DNA of 6,964 nt from the IMG/VR virus record IMGVR_UViG_2734482785_000004. One strand, written 5' to 3'. This document shows positions 6,262-6,964 of this stretch, one piece after another. Position numbers and translations under genes: made by a program. The DNA comes from a virus (taxonomy: Duplodnaviria > Heunggongvirae > Uroviricota > Caudoviricetes). The notes under the pieces were generated by a model. That model was not told the DNA's origin. It saw only the letters and a program-made list of their open reading frames with translations, and ran no database searches. Every line of letters begins with the position of its first letter. The stretch's first letter is position 1.

Positions 6262-6964
6262 ATGACAGAAACAGAATCAGCGATTCTGGCGCACGCCCGG
6301 CGATGTGCGCCAGCGGAGTCGTGCGGCTTCGTGGTGAGAACGCCGGAAGGGGAAAGATATTTTCCCTGTGTGAATATCTCCGGTGAACCGGAGGATTATT
6401 TCCGGATGGCTCCGGAGGACTGGCTGCAGGCAGAAATGCAGGGTGAGATTGTGGCGCTGGTCCACAGTCACCCCGGTGGTCTGCCCTGGCTGAGTGAGGC
6501 CGACCGGCGGCTGCAGGTGCAGAGTGATTTGCCGTGGTGGCTGGTCTGCCGGGGGACGATTCATAAGTTCCGCTGTGTGCCGCATCTCACCGGGCGGCGC
6601 TTTGAGCACGGGGTGACGGACTGTTACACGCTGTTCCGGGATGCTTATCATCTGGCGGGGATTGAGATGCCGGATTTTCATCGCGGGGATGACTGGTGGC
6701 GTCACGGTCAGAATCTCTATCTTGACAATATGGAGGCGACTGGTTTTTACCGTGTCGCACTGACAGCGGCGCGGCCGGGCGATGTGCTGCTGTGCTGTTT
6801 TGGTTCATCGGTGCCGAATCATGCCGCCATTTACTGTGGCGACGGCGAGCTGCTGCACCATATTCCTGAACAACTGAGTAAACGAGAGAGGTACACCGAC
6901 AAATGGCAGCGACGCACACACTCCCTCTGGCGTCACCGGGCATGGCACGCATCTGCCTTTACGG
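6262..6964 (+). CDS. Tail assembly protein (lambda K analogue) with JAB/MPN metalloprotease-like and NlpC/P60-like motifs; 3' end outside the window
   Basis: Hand translation from ATG 6262 is open to the window end (234 codons, no stop); it is absent from the ORF track because it is incomplete. MTETESAILAHARRCAPAESCGFVV...EIVALVHSHPGGLPWLSEAD... carries a JAMM-type H-x-H-x7-S-x2-D motif (nt 6463-6504); downstream ...GVTDCYTLFRDAYH...NHAAIYCGDGELLHH gives an NlpC/P60-like Cys/His arrangement. It directly follows the L-like gene. Confidence 0.85.
   Translation, partial: MTETESAILAHARRCAPAESCGFVVRTPEGERYFPCVNISGEPEDYFRMAPEDWLQAEMQGEIVALVHSHPGGLPWLSEADRRLQVQSDLPWWLVCRGTIHKFRCVPHLTGRRFEHGVTDCYTLFRDAYHLAGIEMPDFHRGDDWWRHGQNLYLDNMEATGFYRVALTAARPGDVLLCCFGSSVPNHAAIYCGDGELLHHIPEQLSKRERYTDKWQRRTHSLWRHRAWHASAFT

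Noticed and set aside
5553-6263. 236-aa ORF on the minus strand, entirely antisense to the L-like gene
   Set aside because: It overlaps a well-supported + strand gene along its whole length, has the Arg/Leu/Ile-rich low-complexity composition typical of antisense reading of a GC-rich gene, and I see no recognisable motifs or RBS. Most likely a shadow ORF.
1-6964. Search for a defence island, toxin-antitoxin pair, CRISPR array, tRNA or mobile element insertion within the window
   Set aside because: Every intergenic gap is under ~65 nt and the + strand is filled by syntenic tail genes. I saw no spaced direct repeats, tRNA-like cloverleaf candidates, obvious inverted terminal repeats or moron-sized gaps, so I report no novel system here rather than invent one.

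Overview
The window is a contiguous, single-strand (+) tail-morphogenesis module of a lambda-like siphovirus or prophage, with gene order and protein motifs matching the lambda Z-U-V-G-(G-T)-H-M-L-K block. In order: the 3' end of a head-tail/tail-completion gene, a small tail-terminator-like gene, a major tail tube protein carrying a C-terminal Ig-like domain, a tail assembly chaperone with a -1 frameshift extension (A_AAA_AAG slippery site), a 1077-aa tape measure protein, and homologues of minor tail proteins M and L and of tail assembly protein K (running off the 3' end). Genes are tightly packed, with start/stop overlaps and two hairpin plus T-tract elements flanking the V-G-T segment. I found no intergenic space or credible opposite-strand gene that could hold a defence system, toxin-antitoxin pair or other accessory cargo; the interesting features here are recoding, decoration and enzymatic domains within structural genes, not a new system. 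All calls rest on reading the translations and motifs by eye; no database search was run.
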